A program made the translations under genes and the position numbers. Below, in pieces: positions 47,169-56,862 of a DNA stretch of 64,000 bases (its first letter is position 1; each line of letters starts with the position of its first letter). Origin of the DNA: Gemmatimonadota bacterium (GTDB lineage: Bacteria; Gemmatimonadota; Gemmatimonadetes; Palauibacterales; Palauibacteraceae); assembly GCA_963666735.1 (NCBI GenBank), contig OY762926.1:2272001-2336000 (forward strand), in the 5' to 3' direction. The notes under the pieces were generated by a model. It was not told the origin of the DNA. It saw nothing but the letters and a program-made list of their open reading frames with translations, and searched no databases.

Positions 47169-48236
47169 CTAACTCTGGAGCACGTCGAGCGCCCATCGGG
47201 CGTGTTCCCGGACGAGCGGGGACGGATCCTTCGCGAGGCGCTGCAGGACGGGGCGCGCCGCGGATCCGCCCGCGTTGCCGAGGCCGACCGCCAGATTCCG
47301 GAGTAGCCCGTCGCGCCCGGGGCGGCTGAACGCCGTCCCCCGGTAGCGGGCCCGGAACTCGTCGGCGTCGAGGGCGGCGAGTTCCTCCGCCCAGGCCACC
47401 ATGTCCTCCGGCGGCACCGGTTGGCCGGGCCGAGGCGCGAACGGCGCCTCTGCCCGGACGGGCGCGTCCGAGTTCCAGGGACACACCTCCTGACAGATGT
47501 CGCACCCGAACACCCGGTTTCCGATCGCGCGGCGCAAGGCTTCGGGGATGGACCCCCGCAGTTCGATCGTGAGATAGGAGATGCAGAGGCGGGCATCGAG
47601 GAGGCGGCCTTCGAGAATCGCATCCGTCGGGCAGGCGTCGATGCAGCGCCGACAGGTTCCGCAGCGGTCGTGGACGAAGGGTGGATCGGGTTCGATCTCG
47701 AGATCCGTGAGCAGTTCGCCCAGCATGAAGTAGGATCCGAAGTCGGGGTGGAGGAGCATCGTGTTCCTGCCGATCCAGCCCAGGCCCGCCCTCTGGGCGT
47801 GGTCCCGCTCGAGGACGGGGCCGTAGTCCACGTAGCGCTTCGTGCGGGCGCCGGGCGAGAGATCCTCGATGGCGGCGGAGAGCGCGTCGAGCCGCTCCTC
47901 GAACACGTCGTGGTAGTCGCGACCCCGCGCGTAGCGGGCGATCACGGGCAGCCGGCGATCAGCGCTCGGCGCCGTCGCGCTGGCAGGCTTCGAGCCTGCA
48001 GGTTCCGATCCGTACAGCAGGCTGACGACGATCAACGTCCGGCAACCGGGGAGGGCCTCCCGCGGGTCGAGGCGGCGGCGAACGGCGTCCTCGCGCGCCA
48101 TGTAGGCCATATCGCCATGGTAGCCGTTCGCGAGCCAGTCCTCGTATGCCTCCGCGTGCGTCGGGGGCGCCGCCGGAGCGAACCCCACCTGATCGAACCC
48201 GGCAGCCCGCGCCGCCGCCCGAATCTTCCGTTTCAC
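47169..48236 (-). CDS. queG: tRNA epoxyqueuosine reductase
   Basis: YARGRDYH, ER..AQRAGLGWIG, CGTCRRCIDACPT, CISYLTIE, GCDICQEVCPWN. Confidence 0.95.
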   Translation of the reverse strand: MKRKIRAAARAAGFDQVGFAPAAPPTHAEAYEDWLANGYHGDMAYMAREDAVRRRLDPREALPGCRTLIVVSLLYGSEPAGSKPASATAPSADRRLPVIARYARGRDYHDVFEERLDALSAAIEDLSPGARTKRYVDYGPVLERDHAQRAGLGWIGRNTMLLHPDFGSYFMLGELLTDLEIEPDPPFVHDRCGTCRRCIDACPTDAILEGRLLDARLCISYLTIELRGSIPEALRRAIGNRVFGCDICQEVCPWNSDAPVRAEAPFAPRPGQPVPPEDMVAWAEELAALDADEFRARYRGTAFSRPGRDGLLRNLAVGLGNAGGSAARPVLQRLAKDPSPLVREHARWALDVLQS

Positions 48237-48895
48237 CCGAACTTTCCGGCGCTCACGCACAGATCGGCAACCGGGCACTCGGCGCAACGCGGTTTCCGCG
48301 CGTGGCAGACCGTGCGGCCATGGAGGATCGACCGCCACGCGAACGGGTGCCATTCCTCGCGCGGCAGCACCCTCATGAGATCCTGCTCCACTCTCGGGGG
48401 ATCGACCTCGTTCGTGAGGCCGAGGCGGTGCGTGACACGCTTCACGTGCGTGTCCACGACGACGCCCTCGTGAAGTCCGAACGCGTTGGAGAGCAAGACG
48501 TTCGCGGTCTTCCGGGCGACGCCGGGGAGCGTGAGCAGATCCTCCATCGTCCCCGGGACCTCCCCGTCGTACGCGTCGACGAGACGGCGGCCCAGCCCCT
48601 TCAGGTGGCGCGCCTTGTTGTTGAAGAATCCGGTCGGGCGCACGGCCTCCCGCAACTCCTCCAGCGGCGCGTCGGCGTACGCGCGGGCGTCGGGATAGGC
48701 CGGGAAGAGGGTGCGCGTGACCCGGTTCACGCGCTCGTCGGTGCACTGCGCCGAGAGCACCGTCGCGACGATCAGCTGGAGCGGCGTCTCCCAGTCCAGC
48801 GAGACGGTGAGGTCCGGATAGAGGGAGGCAAATCGCGGGGACAGCGCCGCGGCCAGTTCGGAACGGGCCTTCCAGGAACGAGGCCGCCGCACCAC
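48233..48895 (-). CDS. nth: Endonuclease III
   Basis: LSAQCTD, LPGVARKTAN, VDTH, C-x6-C-x2-C-x5-C. Confidence 0.96.
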   Translation of the reverse strand: MVRRPRSWKARSELAAALSPRFASLYPDLTVSLDWETPLQLIVATVLSAQCTDERVNRVTRTLFPAYPDARAYADAPLEELREAVRPTGFFNNKARHLKGLGRRLVDAYDGEVPGTMEDLLTLPGVARKTANVLLSNAFGLHEGVVVDTHVKRVTHRLGLTNEVDPPRVEQDLMRVLPREEWHPFAWRSILHGRTVCHARKPRCAECPVADLCVSAGKFG

Positions 48896-48896
48896 G

Positions 48897-50051
48897 TCAG
48901 GCGCTCTTCGCGGGGGCCGGGCCGACGAGACCCATCCGCTGCAGCCGCTGCACTCTCGCGCCGACCTCCCGCGGGTCGAGCACGCCGACGACGAACCCGT
49001 TCTCGATCACGATCAGGTACGATACCTGGATTCGAATTCGGAACAGGGCGTCCGCCAGAGATTCGTCCGGACGAGCCGAAGGGAACTCCTCGGCGGGTCG
49101 CGTGACCGCCGATACGGGCGTGGTCGCGCGAGCCTCCTCCGGCACCGCCGAGACGGCCCGCGCTTCGACGACCCCGACCAGGTCGCCGTCTCGTCCTACC
49201 GGGTACGCCTCCTCCCGTCCGCGCAGGAAGTAGTCGGATATGGCCCGCTCGACGGGCATCGCCGCCTCGATCATGCGGGGTCGGGGGTTCATCACCGTCG
49301 CGACCGGGATCCGGCGCAGGATCGTGCGGAGTTCGAAGTGCCGCAGGCTCGATGAGGCCGCCTTGACGACGAACCAGCCGATGAAGGCCGCCCACACGCC
49401 GGAGATGAACTGCCCCCGGCTCAGGTTGAAGAGCCCGAGGACGATGAGCGCGCCGCCGAACAGTCGTCCCCCCTGCGTGGCCCACCGGGTGGCCTTGACG
49501 AGATCTCCGGTGGCGGCCCACACGATGGAGCGGAAGATCCGGCCCCCGTCGAGCGGAAAGCCGGGGATCATGTTGAAGACGGCGAGCACGAAGTTGAGGA
49601 GCGCCAGGAACCCGAGCACCGTGACCACCGGCTCCGGGGCGGCCCAGGCTTCCGCCGCCACCCGCGCGCCGTGGAACGCACCGGCCAGGACGACGCTCGC
49701 GAGGGGACCCGCCGCGGTGAGCAGGAACTCGTCCAGCGGGCGCCGAGGCTCGTCGCGCGCCTGCGCGATGCCGCCGAAGATGAAGAGCGTGATGTGCTCG
49801 ACTTCCACGCCCCGCGCCCGGCCCGCCAGGGCGTGACCGAGTTCGTGCAGGAGCACCGAGAGGAAGAAGAGGAGCGCCGCCGCCGTCCCCATCGCGAGGT
49901 ACGTGGATGATGGATAGAAGGGCAGCGCCCGCGGGAATTCGCGCGTGGTGAAGGTCCAGATCACCAGCGCCGCGATCGGGAACCACGAGTAGTCGATCCG
50001 GATGGGGAAGCCAAACCAGCGTCCGATCCGGAAGCTGCCGAACAACGGCAC
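48897..50051 (-). CDS. Site-2 protease (M50) with CBS domains
   Basis: HELGH, AGP, NMIPGFPLDGG, C-terminal CBS pair. Confidence 0.92.
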   Translation of the reverse strand: MPLFGSFRIGRWFGFPIRIDYSWFPIAALVIWTFTTREFPRALPFYPSSTYLAMGTAAALLFFLSVLLHELGHALAGRARGVEVEHITLFIFGGIAQARDEPRRPLDEFLLTAAGPLASVVLAGAFHGARVAAEAWAAPEPVVTVLGFLALLNFVLAVFNMIPGFPLDGGRIFRSIVWAATGDLVKATRWATQGGRLFGGALIVLGLFNLSRGQFISGVWAAFIGWFVVKAASSSLRHFELRTILRRIPVATVMNPRPRMIEAAMPVERAISDYFLRGREEAYPVGRDGDLVGVVEARAVSAVPEEARATTPVSAVTRPAEEFPSARPDESLADALFRIRIQVSYLIVIENGFVVGVLDPREVGARVQRLQRMGLVGPAPAKSA

Positions 50052-50176
50052 CGGCTAAAGGCCTTTCGCCGGAGTGGGGCGCACCCGGCGGGAGAGTTCC
50101 GCCAACCGACGACATCGGCGCCAGCCGGTAGCCGGCGAAGAGATGTCGCGGTCCCGACGCTCCAACACCCGGGTTG

Positions 50177-50602
50177 TCAGTGCATCTCGGGCGGGAGTGG
50201 TGACCCTTCCTTCGCCCACTCTTCGATCTCGTCAAGGCCGGCGCGACGCGCCAGGACGCGTTGATCTTCGATGCCCCACTCTCCGTCTCGCTTGACCGTG
50301 CGTTCGACGACGATCACCTGCGGTGTCGCCGCCGCTCCCGGCATGTCTCCGTAAATGTAGTCCAATACGCCCATGTTGAGCCAACCCCGTCCCGTCGTCA
50401 CTTCGTCGAACGCGCCAAATTTCTCCAAATGCTCAAGACCGTGCCGTACCACCAAGTCCCGAGCGACTCCCGAGGTGGCAAAGCCGACCGATCGCTCTTC
50501 GCTGCTCCCAGCACATCTCTCCTGATCTGGCCCTAAGATACAGCCGCATGCCAGTGATGCGACGACAGTTATCGTTCGCGATGAGCCAATGAGCTTCTTC
50601 AT
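50177..50602 (-). CDS. Hypothetical lipoprotein
   Basis: MKK..LACGC lipobox, GGAGGGAG RBS, lower GC. Confidence 0.6.
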   Translation of the reverse strand: MKKLIGSSRTITVVASLACGCILGPDQERCAGSSEERSVGFATSGVARDLVVRHGLEHLEKFGAFDEVTTGRGWLNMGVLDYIYGDMPGAAATPQVIVVERTVKRDGEWGIEDQRVLARRAGLDEIEEWAKEGSPLPPEMH

Positions 50603-50617
50603 GAACCACGCTCCCTC

Positions 50618-51865
50618 CTAACAGCACGTTTCGTCGCGGAGCCGACGGACCTCCAACCGTGGGTAGGGATCCGTCCATGCCGCCACGTAATACCTGTGCG
50701 TGGCCGCCACGATCCTGGGCAATTCGTCGCTGACGAGGGCTCCCCAACCCGTAGCGGCATCAACCAGGTACGTGCGATACGCGACTTTAGATGCTTCGCT
50801 CCCACCCATGCCGGACTCTTCCTCGCGCTCGAACTGCAGGAGCACATGCTCGGAGCCGAGACCCTCGGCGAGCACCAGCGATTCAATGGTGCCGTTGCTG
50901 TCGAACAAGACGTACGGTCCCTCTTGGTCCATACCTTGGTGGATTTTCATTTGCGCGTAGTCCTCTACCTTCGAGGCCCAGAGCGGGGCGTCGCCTTCAG
51001 GATCATATGCCCGTACGACCGGGAAGAACTCCAAGCCGAACACGACGCGCGCCGGGTTGTCAAGACACGCCATACGACCGTCAGACAGCTGATCTCGGAC
51101 TAACCACTCAGTATCTCTGTATCCTTCTCCGAAGTCAGCGTTCCGGCCGTGGCCGCCGACCATGATCTCGTGAAGTATCCTGTGATCCGAACCCCGCGCT
51201 CTCGCGAAGATCCTCCGCCCGCTAAGGCATAGCTCGTCTGGGGAGTAAGCGAGCGTAATGCTTTCGACCAGACTATACCCAGAGTCGGATGGTGCGAACA
51301 CCTTCAGTAGCCGGTTCCGATCCGCAACGATCAGACGTCCGTCGCTGAGCCGGTCGAGCGCACGAGGGCGGCGGAACTCATTCGGGCCACCTCCGAGGCC
51401 GCCAAAACCGACGACGAACTCTCCCGAAGGGTCGAATACACGGACCGCGGGTTCGTATTGGTCGAGCACGTAAACGACACCGGCATCGTCAATTGTGACG
51501 TCGGCGAACGCTCCGAAGACATCCGGATCGTCACCGTCGACTTTGCCGATGCTGGTCACAGTCGTTGCGTCGAGGATCGCGTCTCGAACCTGCCGCCAAC
51601 GCAACGTATCGGTGCCCGAAGGCGCCTTCGTCGGGACTCGACCTGCTTCGATGACAGGCACCGTGCCCGACGGGATGTTCTCAGGTGTGGGATGCGGGAT
51701 CTCAGCAGCGTCGGCGCAGGACCACGCGCTGGCCAGCACTGCGGTCCTCGCCAACCAAGCGCGTAATGGACGATGGGCGCCGACGTTGCGGGCGACATCC
51801 GAAGACGGCCGCTTACTCACGCGGAAGCCTCTAAGCTCATGCTTGCGATGCGGCTGCGGTCCCAA
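50618..51865 (-). CDS. 6-bladed beta-propeller (NHL-like) lipoprotein
   Basis: AWSC lipobox, IGKVDG, VYVLD, FGGLGGGPNEF; lower GC; start uncertain. Confidence 0.72.
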   Translation of the reverse strand: MGPQPHRKHELRGFRVSKRPSSDVARNVGAHRPLRAWLARTAVLASAWSCADAAEIPHPTPENIPSGTVPVIEAGRVPTKAPSGTDTLRWRQVRDAILDATTVTSIGKVDGDDPDVFGAFADVTIDDAGVVYVLDQYEPAVRVFDPSGEFVVGFGGLGGGPNEFRRPRALDRLSDGRLIVADRNRLLKVFAPSDSGYSLVESITLAYSPDELCLSGRRIFARARGSDHRILHEIMVGGHGRNADFGEGYRDTEWLVRDQLSDGRMACLDNPARVVFGLEFFPVVRAYDPEGDAPLWASKVEDYAQMKIHQGMDQEGPYVLFDSNGTIESLVLAEGLGSEHVLLQFEREEESGMGGSEASKVAYRTYLVDAATGWGALVSDELPRIVAATHRYYVAAWTDPYPRLEVRRLRDETCC

Positions 51866-52138
51866 ATCGCCCGGTCAAATGAGGCGCCTCCTCCAGCTGC
51901 GGTCCACCGCGATGGTAATTGTGGAACGCCCAGCGGCATGATTTCTGTCCGCCTTCTACGGCGCGATGCTCGTCCGCAGGCGACTGGGCGGGACTAGTTC
52001 TTGAGCCCCGGCGAAATCTACAAGCTCACTTAATGACGCGACACCGCCCCGCGACTTGGCGGAGCACCGGACCCGGCAGGGATCGATCGCACGCCGGGAG
52101 AATCCGATATCCAGGAGTGCATCCTCGACCATCTGCGA

Positions 52139-52843
52139 CTAGCGGTTCCTCGCGGACAGCGAGTACGCACGACCGGAGATGACCGCGGGCTTGTACTTCT
52201 TCCCGCGCCCGAAGCGCCACCACGGGCGGCGGCGGCGGACGATGACGCACAGGCGGCCCGCAGCCAGGTTCCCTACCTCCACGAACGCGAGGTTCGCGTA
52301 GGGCGGGGCCTCCACCGCGTAACGCCGCCCGCGCCAGTCGAAGACGGCTTCATCCGCGCGTTCCGGGACGATCGACTCCACGAACAGCTCCGATTCCAGC
52401 CTCACGACGCCGTCCGGTCCGGACGGCACCGCGCGGCAGAAGTCCGGATCGAAGGGCTCTCCCGCGTGCCGGCGCAGATTCTGTTCGTTCGCCCAGTCCA
52501 CCACATCAAGTCCCACCTCCCCGGCGGCGGATTCCCGGTGGTGGAGCAGTTCGTGCAGGATCGTCTCCCACAGCTCGCCCTCCCAGTCGAAGTCGGGGTC
52601 CTCCTCCGCGAGCGCCCGGAAGGAACCATGATAGAGGATGAGTTCCGAACGGACATCGCCGTCCCCGCCGGCGCCGCTCGGCCACGCCTCCGTGAAGCAC
52701 TCCCCCATCGTGTACACCCACTCGAAGTCGGGGTGGCGGGCGGGCCGCTGCTCGATCGTCATCCCGTCGACCCCCTCCCGGACCTCGGCGGGGATGTCGT
52801 TCCACATCCGGCGTGCCGCGGTCTCGAATCGGGTGAAGTTCAC
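52139..52843 (-). CDS. Zincin_1-type metallopeptidase-like protein
   Basis: LYHGSF, LWETILHELLHH. Confidence 0.75.
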   Translation of the reverse strand: MNFTRFETAARRMWNDIPAEVREGVDGMTIEQRPARHPDFEWVYTMGECFTEAWPSGAGGDGDVRSELILYHGSFRALAEEDPDFDWEGELWETILHELLHHRESAAGEVGLDVVDWANEQNLRRHAGEPFDPDFCRAVPSGPDGVVRLESELFVESIVPERADEAVFDWRGRRYAVEAPPYANLAFVEVGNLAAGRLCVIVRRRRPWWRFGRGKKYKPAVISGRAYSLSARNR

Positions 52844-52871
52844 CGGGCGATGGGGACGGTAGCCGCCCCCG

Positions 52872-54359
52872 TCAGGCGTCTTCCGCCGAAGCCGCCGAGC
52901 CTGCGGCGTGGGCGGCGAGCCAGCGGTTGAGGCCCAGGAAGGCGGTGATCGCGATCGCCCACTGGATGAGCACCGTCCCGGCGTTGAACTCCGAGAAGAG
53001 CGTGAACGACGCGGAGAGGTCGTTCAGATCGATGGCCTCCCACAACCACCAGCCCGTGATCACGACCGCCTGCACGGCGACGAGTCGAATCACGACGTTC
53101 CACCACTTCCCGACCACGAGATCGCTGCCCTCGCTGTTGATGAACTTCGTGCGGAAGCGGTCGACGCCGTGGCGCATGACCATGATCGAGAAGAAGAGGC
53201 CGCTCAACATGAGTCCGACGCCCCACACCCAGTCCTGGTTGCGGAAGACCTCGATCCAGATCGCCGACGGGAGCCCGAGCACGAGGCCGAGGCCACCGAT
53301 CGTCAGCACCGCCTTGCGCCGCTCGATCCCGGCGTCGGTGAGCACACGCGTGGGCAGTTCGATCATCGCGATGAGGCTGCTCCAGGCCGCGAACACGAGC
53401 GCGAGGAAGAAGAGGACCATGAACACCGATCCTCCCGGCATGAGCCCGAACAACTGCGGGATCCAGATGAACGTCAGCCCCTCGTTCCCCGCCCCCACGA
53501 TCTGGTCGGCCGCGTTGGGCAGAATCGCGAAGACCGTGCACAGCACCATGATGCCCGCCAGCAGCGACACGGAATTGTTCCCGAAACCGAGCATGAAGGC
53601 GTTGAGCGTCGTGTCTTCCCGCTTCCTCATGTAGATCGCGTAGGCCATGATCAGCCCCCAGCCCGCGCCCGTGTCCCACGCGTTCTGCGTGAGGGCCTCG
53701 AGCCAGATGGTGGGATCGCCCAACGCCCTCCAGTCGGGCGTGAACAGGAAGGCGAGACCCGCGCTCGCTCCCGGCAGCGTGACGGCCCGAATCGCAAGCG
53801 CCAGCACGAGCACGAGCAGGCTCGGGATCAGGAAGCGGGCGGCCCGCTCGATCCCGCGCACCCCGCGCAGGACGACGAATACGCCGAGCCCGATCGCGAT
53901 GGCGTGCGTGAGGACGGGCCACGGCGACCCGATGAAGCCGTCCCAGAACTGCTGGGGGCCCACGCAACCCGTCGCGGCGGGGTCGCAGACGGCGGTCGGG
54001 ACGGTCCCCGTCACCGCGGCGAACAGGTACCGGATCGTCCACCCCATCACGACCGTGTAATAGAACAGGATCGCGGTCGAGACGAAGGCGACCCAGGTGC
54101 CCATCCAGGCCGTGCTCTTCCCCCCAAGCCTGGTGAACGCCCCGATCGGCCCCGAGCGCGCCTGCTTGCCGGCGGCGAACTCGGTGAGGATCAGCGGCAC
54201 GGACCAGAGGAGGAGGAAGACGACCCACGCGACGAGGAAGGAACCGCCCCCGTTCGAGGCCGCGATGCGCGGGAAGCGCCAGATGTTGCCGGTTCCGACG
54301 GCCATCCCGAGCATGGCCAGCATCATCGCGGCCCGGGAACTGAAGACGGGATTCGTCAT
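52872..54359 (-). CDS. Sodium-dependent transporter (NSS/SNF family)
   Basis: AVGTGNIWRFP, NGGGSF, GIER, GLTFIWIP. Confidence 0.93.
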   Translation of the reverse strand: MTNPVFSSRAAMMLAMLGMAVGTGNIWRFPRIAASNGGGSFLVAWVVFLLLWSVPLILTEFAAGKQARSGPIGAFTRLGGKSTAWMGTWVAFVSTAILFYYTVVMGWTIRYLFAAVTGTVPTAVCDPAATGCVGPQQFWDGFIGSPWPVLTHAIAIGLGVFVVLRGVRGIERAARFLIPSLLVLVLALAIRAVTLPGASAGLAFLFTPDWRALGDPTIWLEALTQNAWDTGAGWGLIMAYAIYMRKREDTTLNAFMLGFGNNSVSLLAGIMVLCTVFAILPNAADQIVGAGNEGLTFIWIPQLFGLMPGGSVFMVLFFLALVFAAWSSLIAMIELPTRVLTDAGIERRKAVLTIGGLGLVLGLPSAIWIEVFRNQDWVWGVGLMLSGLFFSIMVMRHGVDRFRTKFINSEGSDLVVGKWWNVVIRLVAVQAVVITGWWLWEAIDLNDLSASFTLFSEFNAGTVLIQWAIAITAFLGLNRWLAAHAAGSAASAEDA

Positions 54360-55360
54360 GCTTCGCCTCTCTCCACTGACCCTTCCTCCCCTTCCTCGCG
54401 CGCCGGGAGCCGCTGGAGCCAATCATCCAGCGTCTCGTTGAAGGCGCCGGGGCGCGAGATGTGCGAGCAGTGTCCGGTGCCGGGAATGGGAACGTACTCG
54501 GCGTCCGGTAGCAGTTCGGTGATTTCGCGCGCCCAGTCCACCGGACAATACTCGTCGCGTGGACCCTTCACCACGAGCGCGGGCACCGCGATGTCCCCCA
54601 GATCCGTGCGCAGATCCATCCGCCGCAGGCCCGAGACGCGGCGGTCGGAGACCGTCGGGGGGACGGTTCGCGGCCCGGTGAAGAGCGCGTACTCGATCAG
54701 GGCATCCCGACCCGGCGAGTCGTCGAAGATCCAGACGCCGAGACGGCTCCAGGCCCGGGCCAGGCCGCGGGAGAGTTCCGTCGGGAGATATCGGGTGGTC
54801 AGCATGGCGAGAGGGATGAGCGCGGCCCGGTTGAAGCCGACGTGATGATAGGAGACGCGCGCCAGCGGATTGCACAGGACGATCCCGCGCACGCGCTCCG
54901 GAAACCGGCTCGCGAAGCGCATCGCGATCGCGCTCCCGAGGCTCGTCCCGATGAGCACGAAGCGGTCGACGCCGCGCGCCTCGATGAGCTCGGCCACGTC
55001 GTCGACCAGCCGGTCGAAACCGTCCGTCGCGGCAAACTCACGCCGCAGATCCGCGCACACCACGCGATGGCGCCGGGCGAAGCTCGGCAGCTGATACCGG
55101 AACGTCTCCTTCGGACCGTCCGCTCCGGGAACCCAGACGAGCGCATCCCCCGAGCCCGCGTCGACGTACTCGACCCTCTCGCCGTCGGAGTACTCGAGGA
55201 CACCGCCCGAGAGCGCTTCGCCGGAGCCGTCCCGGATGGGCGGCCGCACCAGCGCCTGGTTGCGGCGCGTCATGGCCAGCCACCACGCGACGCCCGCGAG
55301 CCCGGCCAGCCCGCCGAGCGCGAACCTGCCGGGCAGGCCGGTCCAGCGCGGCCCGCTCAC
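54356..55360 (-). CDS. Alpha/beta hydrolase
   Basis: GTSLG, G..D, GHCSH; GTGA-coupled start. Confidence 0.85.
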   Translation of the reverse strand: MSGPRWTGLPGRFALGGLAGLAGVAWWLAMTRRNQALVRPPIRDGSGEALSGGVLEYSDGERVEYVDAGSGDALVWVPGADGPKETFRYQLPSFARRHRVVCADLRREFAATDGFDRLVDDVAELIEARGVDRFVLIGTSLGSAIAMRFASRFPERVRGIVLCNPLARVSYHHVGFNRAALIPLAMLTTRYLPTELSRGLARAWSRLGVWIFDDSPGRDALIEYALFTGPRTVPPTVSDRRVSGLRRMDLRTDLGDIAVPALVVKGPRDEYCPVDWAREITELLPDAEYVPIPGTGHCSHISRPGAFNETLDDWLQRLPAREEGEEGSVERGEA

Positions 55361-56847
55361 CGCCAGCGCTCGACGCGCGTGAGCAGTGTGTCGGGCGTGA
55401 GCCCCTCGACGCCGAACTGCGGCGCGACCTGCGCGGCATCTTCGCGCCGTCCGGCCGAGAGGACCTCGAGCAGGAACTTGCCCGCCGCGCCCGTCCGGTG
55501 CCATTCGGGCCCGAAGCGCTTGTTCAGCCGATCGATGATGATCGAGCTGAGCATCCAGCCGCGCAGGCGCCGCGCCGCCTGGAAGCCCCGCCGGTGATCC
55601 GTAAGGTAGGTGCCCGGATGGTGCGCGAATCCGGTCGTTTCACTCAGCAGAGCGGCGTATCGACCGGCCTGCTCGCCGGGCCGCTCGGCCCGGGCCAGCT
55701 CCAGTTCCCACAACAGGCGCGCGGTATCGCGGCGCAGACGGTAGAGCCTGAGGAAGCCCGCGAGTTGCCGGTAGTCCTCCAGCGCGGCGCCCTCCAGTCC
55801 CGTCACGGATTCGATCCAGACGCGATCCAGCGTCAGCGAGTCGAACACCAAGCCGAAGGACTCGCCGATCGAATCGTCGCCCAACACTCGCTCCTCCCAC
55901 GAGAGGGCGGCGGCTGCGTGCGTGTAGTGGAGCGCGTGTCCCGTTTCGTGGAGCAGGCGCCTCGCGTCGATCCAGCCGCCGAGCGGACACACGACGAGCC
56001 GCACGTCCCCGGGCACATCGATGACCGCCGTGTACGACCGCTCGTCCTTGAGCGGTCGCCGGTCGATGTCGACGCGCACGGAGCGATCGAACACCCGGCC
56101 CAGCCCCATCACCTCCATGGCGCGGCGAACATGCGCGGCGAACGGCTCGATCTCGAAGTGCCGTCCGAGCCAGCGCATCCCCATCAGCCACCGCGCGTCG
56201 GCTCGCGTGGGCGTCGCCCCGTTCGCGTCGAGGCGCGGGCCCGCCTCCCGCGCGAACGTCTGCCGATAGCGGGCCTCGGTTCCCTGGAGGATGGCGTTCG
56301 CGTCGCGCTCCAGCCGCGCCAGGTCCAGGCCGGCCAGCCGCTCCCGCGACTCGGTATAGTCGCCCAGACCGAGCTGAACGATGGCCTCGCGGCCACGGTG
56401 CGCGACATCCAGCCGGAGCGCCGCGGCCTCTTCGATGCGCCGGTGGCGCGCCGCCTCCCAGCCGAGCCGCTCCTCGCGATCGTCCGCGCGCACGATCCAG
56501 TCGGGCACGCGGCGCAGCGGAATCTCCCGCCCGCCGAGCGAGACCGTCGCGCCGGTCTCCCACGACCGCAGTTCGTCCTCCAGCGGAGCCACCTCCGCCT
56601 CGATCTGCTGGCCGGCGACCCAGTTGAAGAGCGTCTTCAGCCGCCGGCGCTCGTCTCCGTACGCTTCGGAAAGTTCCCGCTGGATGGCCTGCAGGACGCC
56701 GGGACTGAGCAAGAACCGATGTTCCCGGTACAGCGACGCGAGCGAAGACCGCTCGTCCAGCCCGCTGCGGAGCCGATAGTGGGCGCGCGCGAGGGCGCTC
56801 TGCAGGCGCTGGGCCCGATCACGGATCTCCGCTACGCGAAACGGCAA
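55357..56847 (-). CDS. M3/gluzincin-like metallopeptidase
   Basis: LLHETGHALH, downstream GESFG glutamate ligand. Confidence 0.7.
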   Translation of the reverse strand: MPFRVAEIRDRAQRLQSALARAHYRLRSGLDERSSLASLYREHRFLLSPGVLQAIQRELSEAYGDERRRLKTLFNWVAGQQIEAEVAPLEDELRSWETGATVSLGGREIPLRRVPDWIVRADDREERLGWEAARHRRIEEAAALRLDVAHRGREAIVQLGLGDYTESRERLAGLDLARLERDANAILQGTEARYRQTFAREAGPRLDANGATPTRADARWLMGMRWLGRHFEIEPFAAHVRRAMEVMGLGRVFDRSVRVDIDRRPLKDERSYTAVIDVPGDVRLVVCPLGGWIDARRLLHETGHALHYTHAAAALSWEERVLGDDSIGESFGLVFDSLTLDRVWIESVTGLEGAALEDYRQLAGFLRLYRLRRDTARLLWELELARAERPGEQAGRYAALLSETTGFAHHPGTYLTDHRRGFQAARRLRGWMLSSIIIDRLNKRFGPEWHRTGAAGKFLLEVLSAGRREDAAQVAPQFGVEGLTPDTLLTRVERWR

Positions 56848-56862
56848 TCGCGGCCCGCCCGG

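Noticed and set aside
47169..48746. Apparent 525-aa QueG with a long N-terminal extension
   Set aside because: The extension is an alternative frame of nth; the real start is the GTG at 48236 overlapping the nth stop
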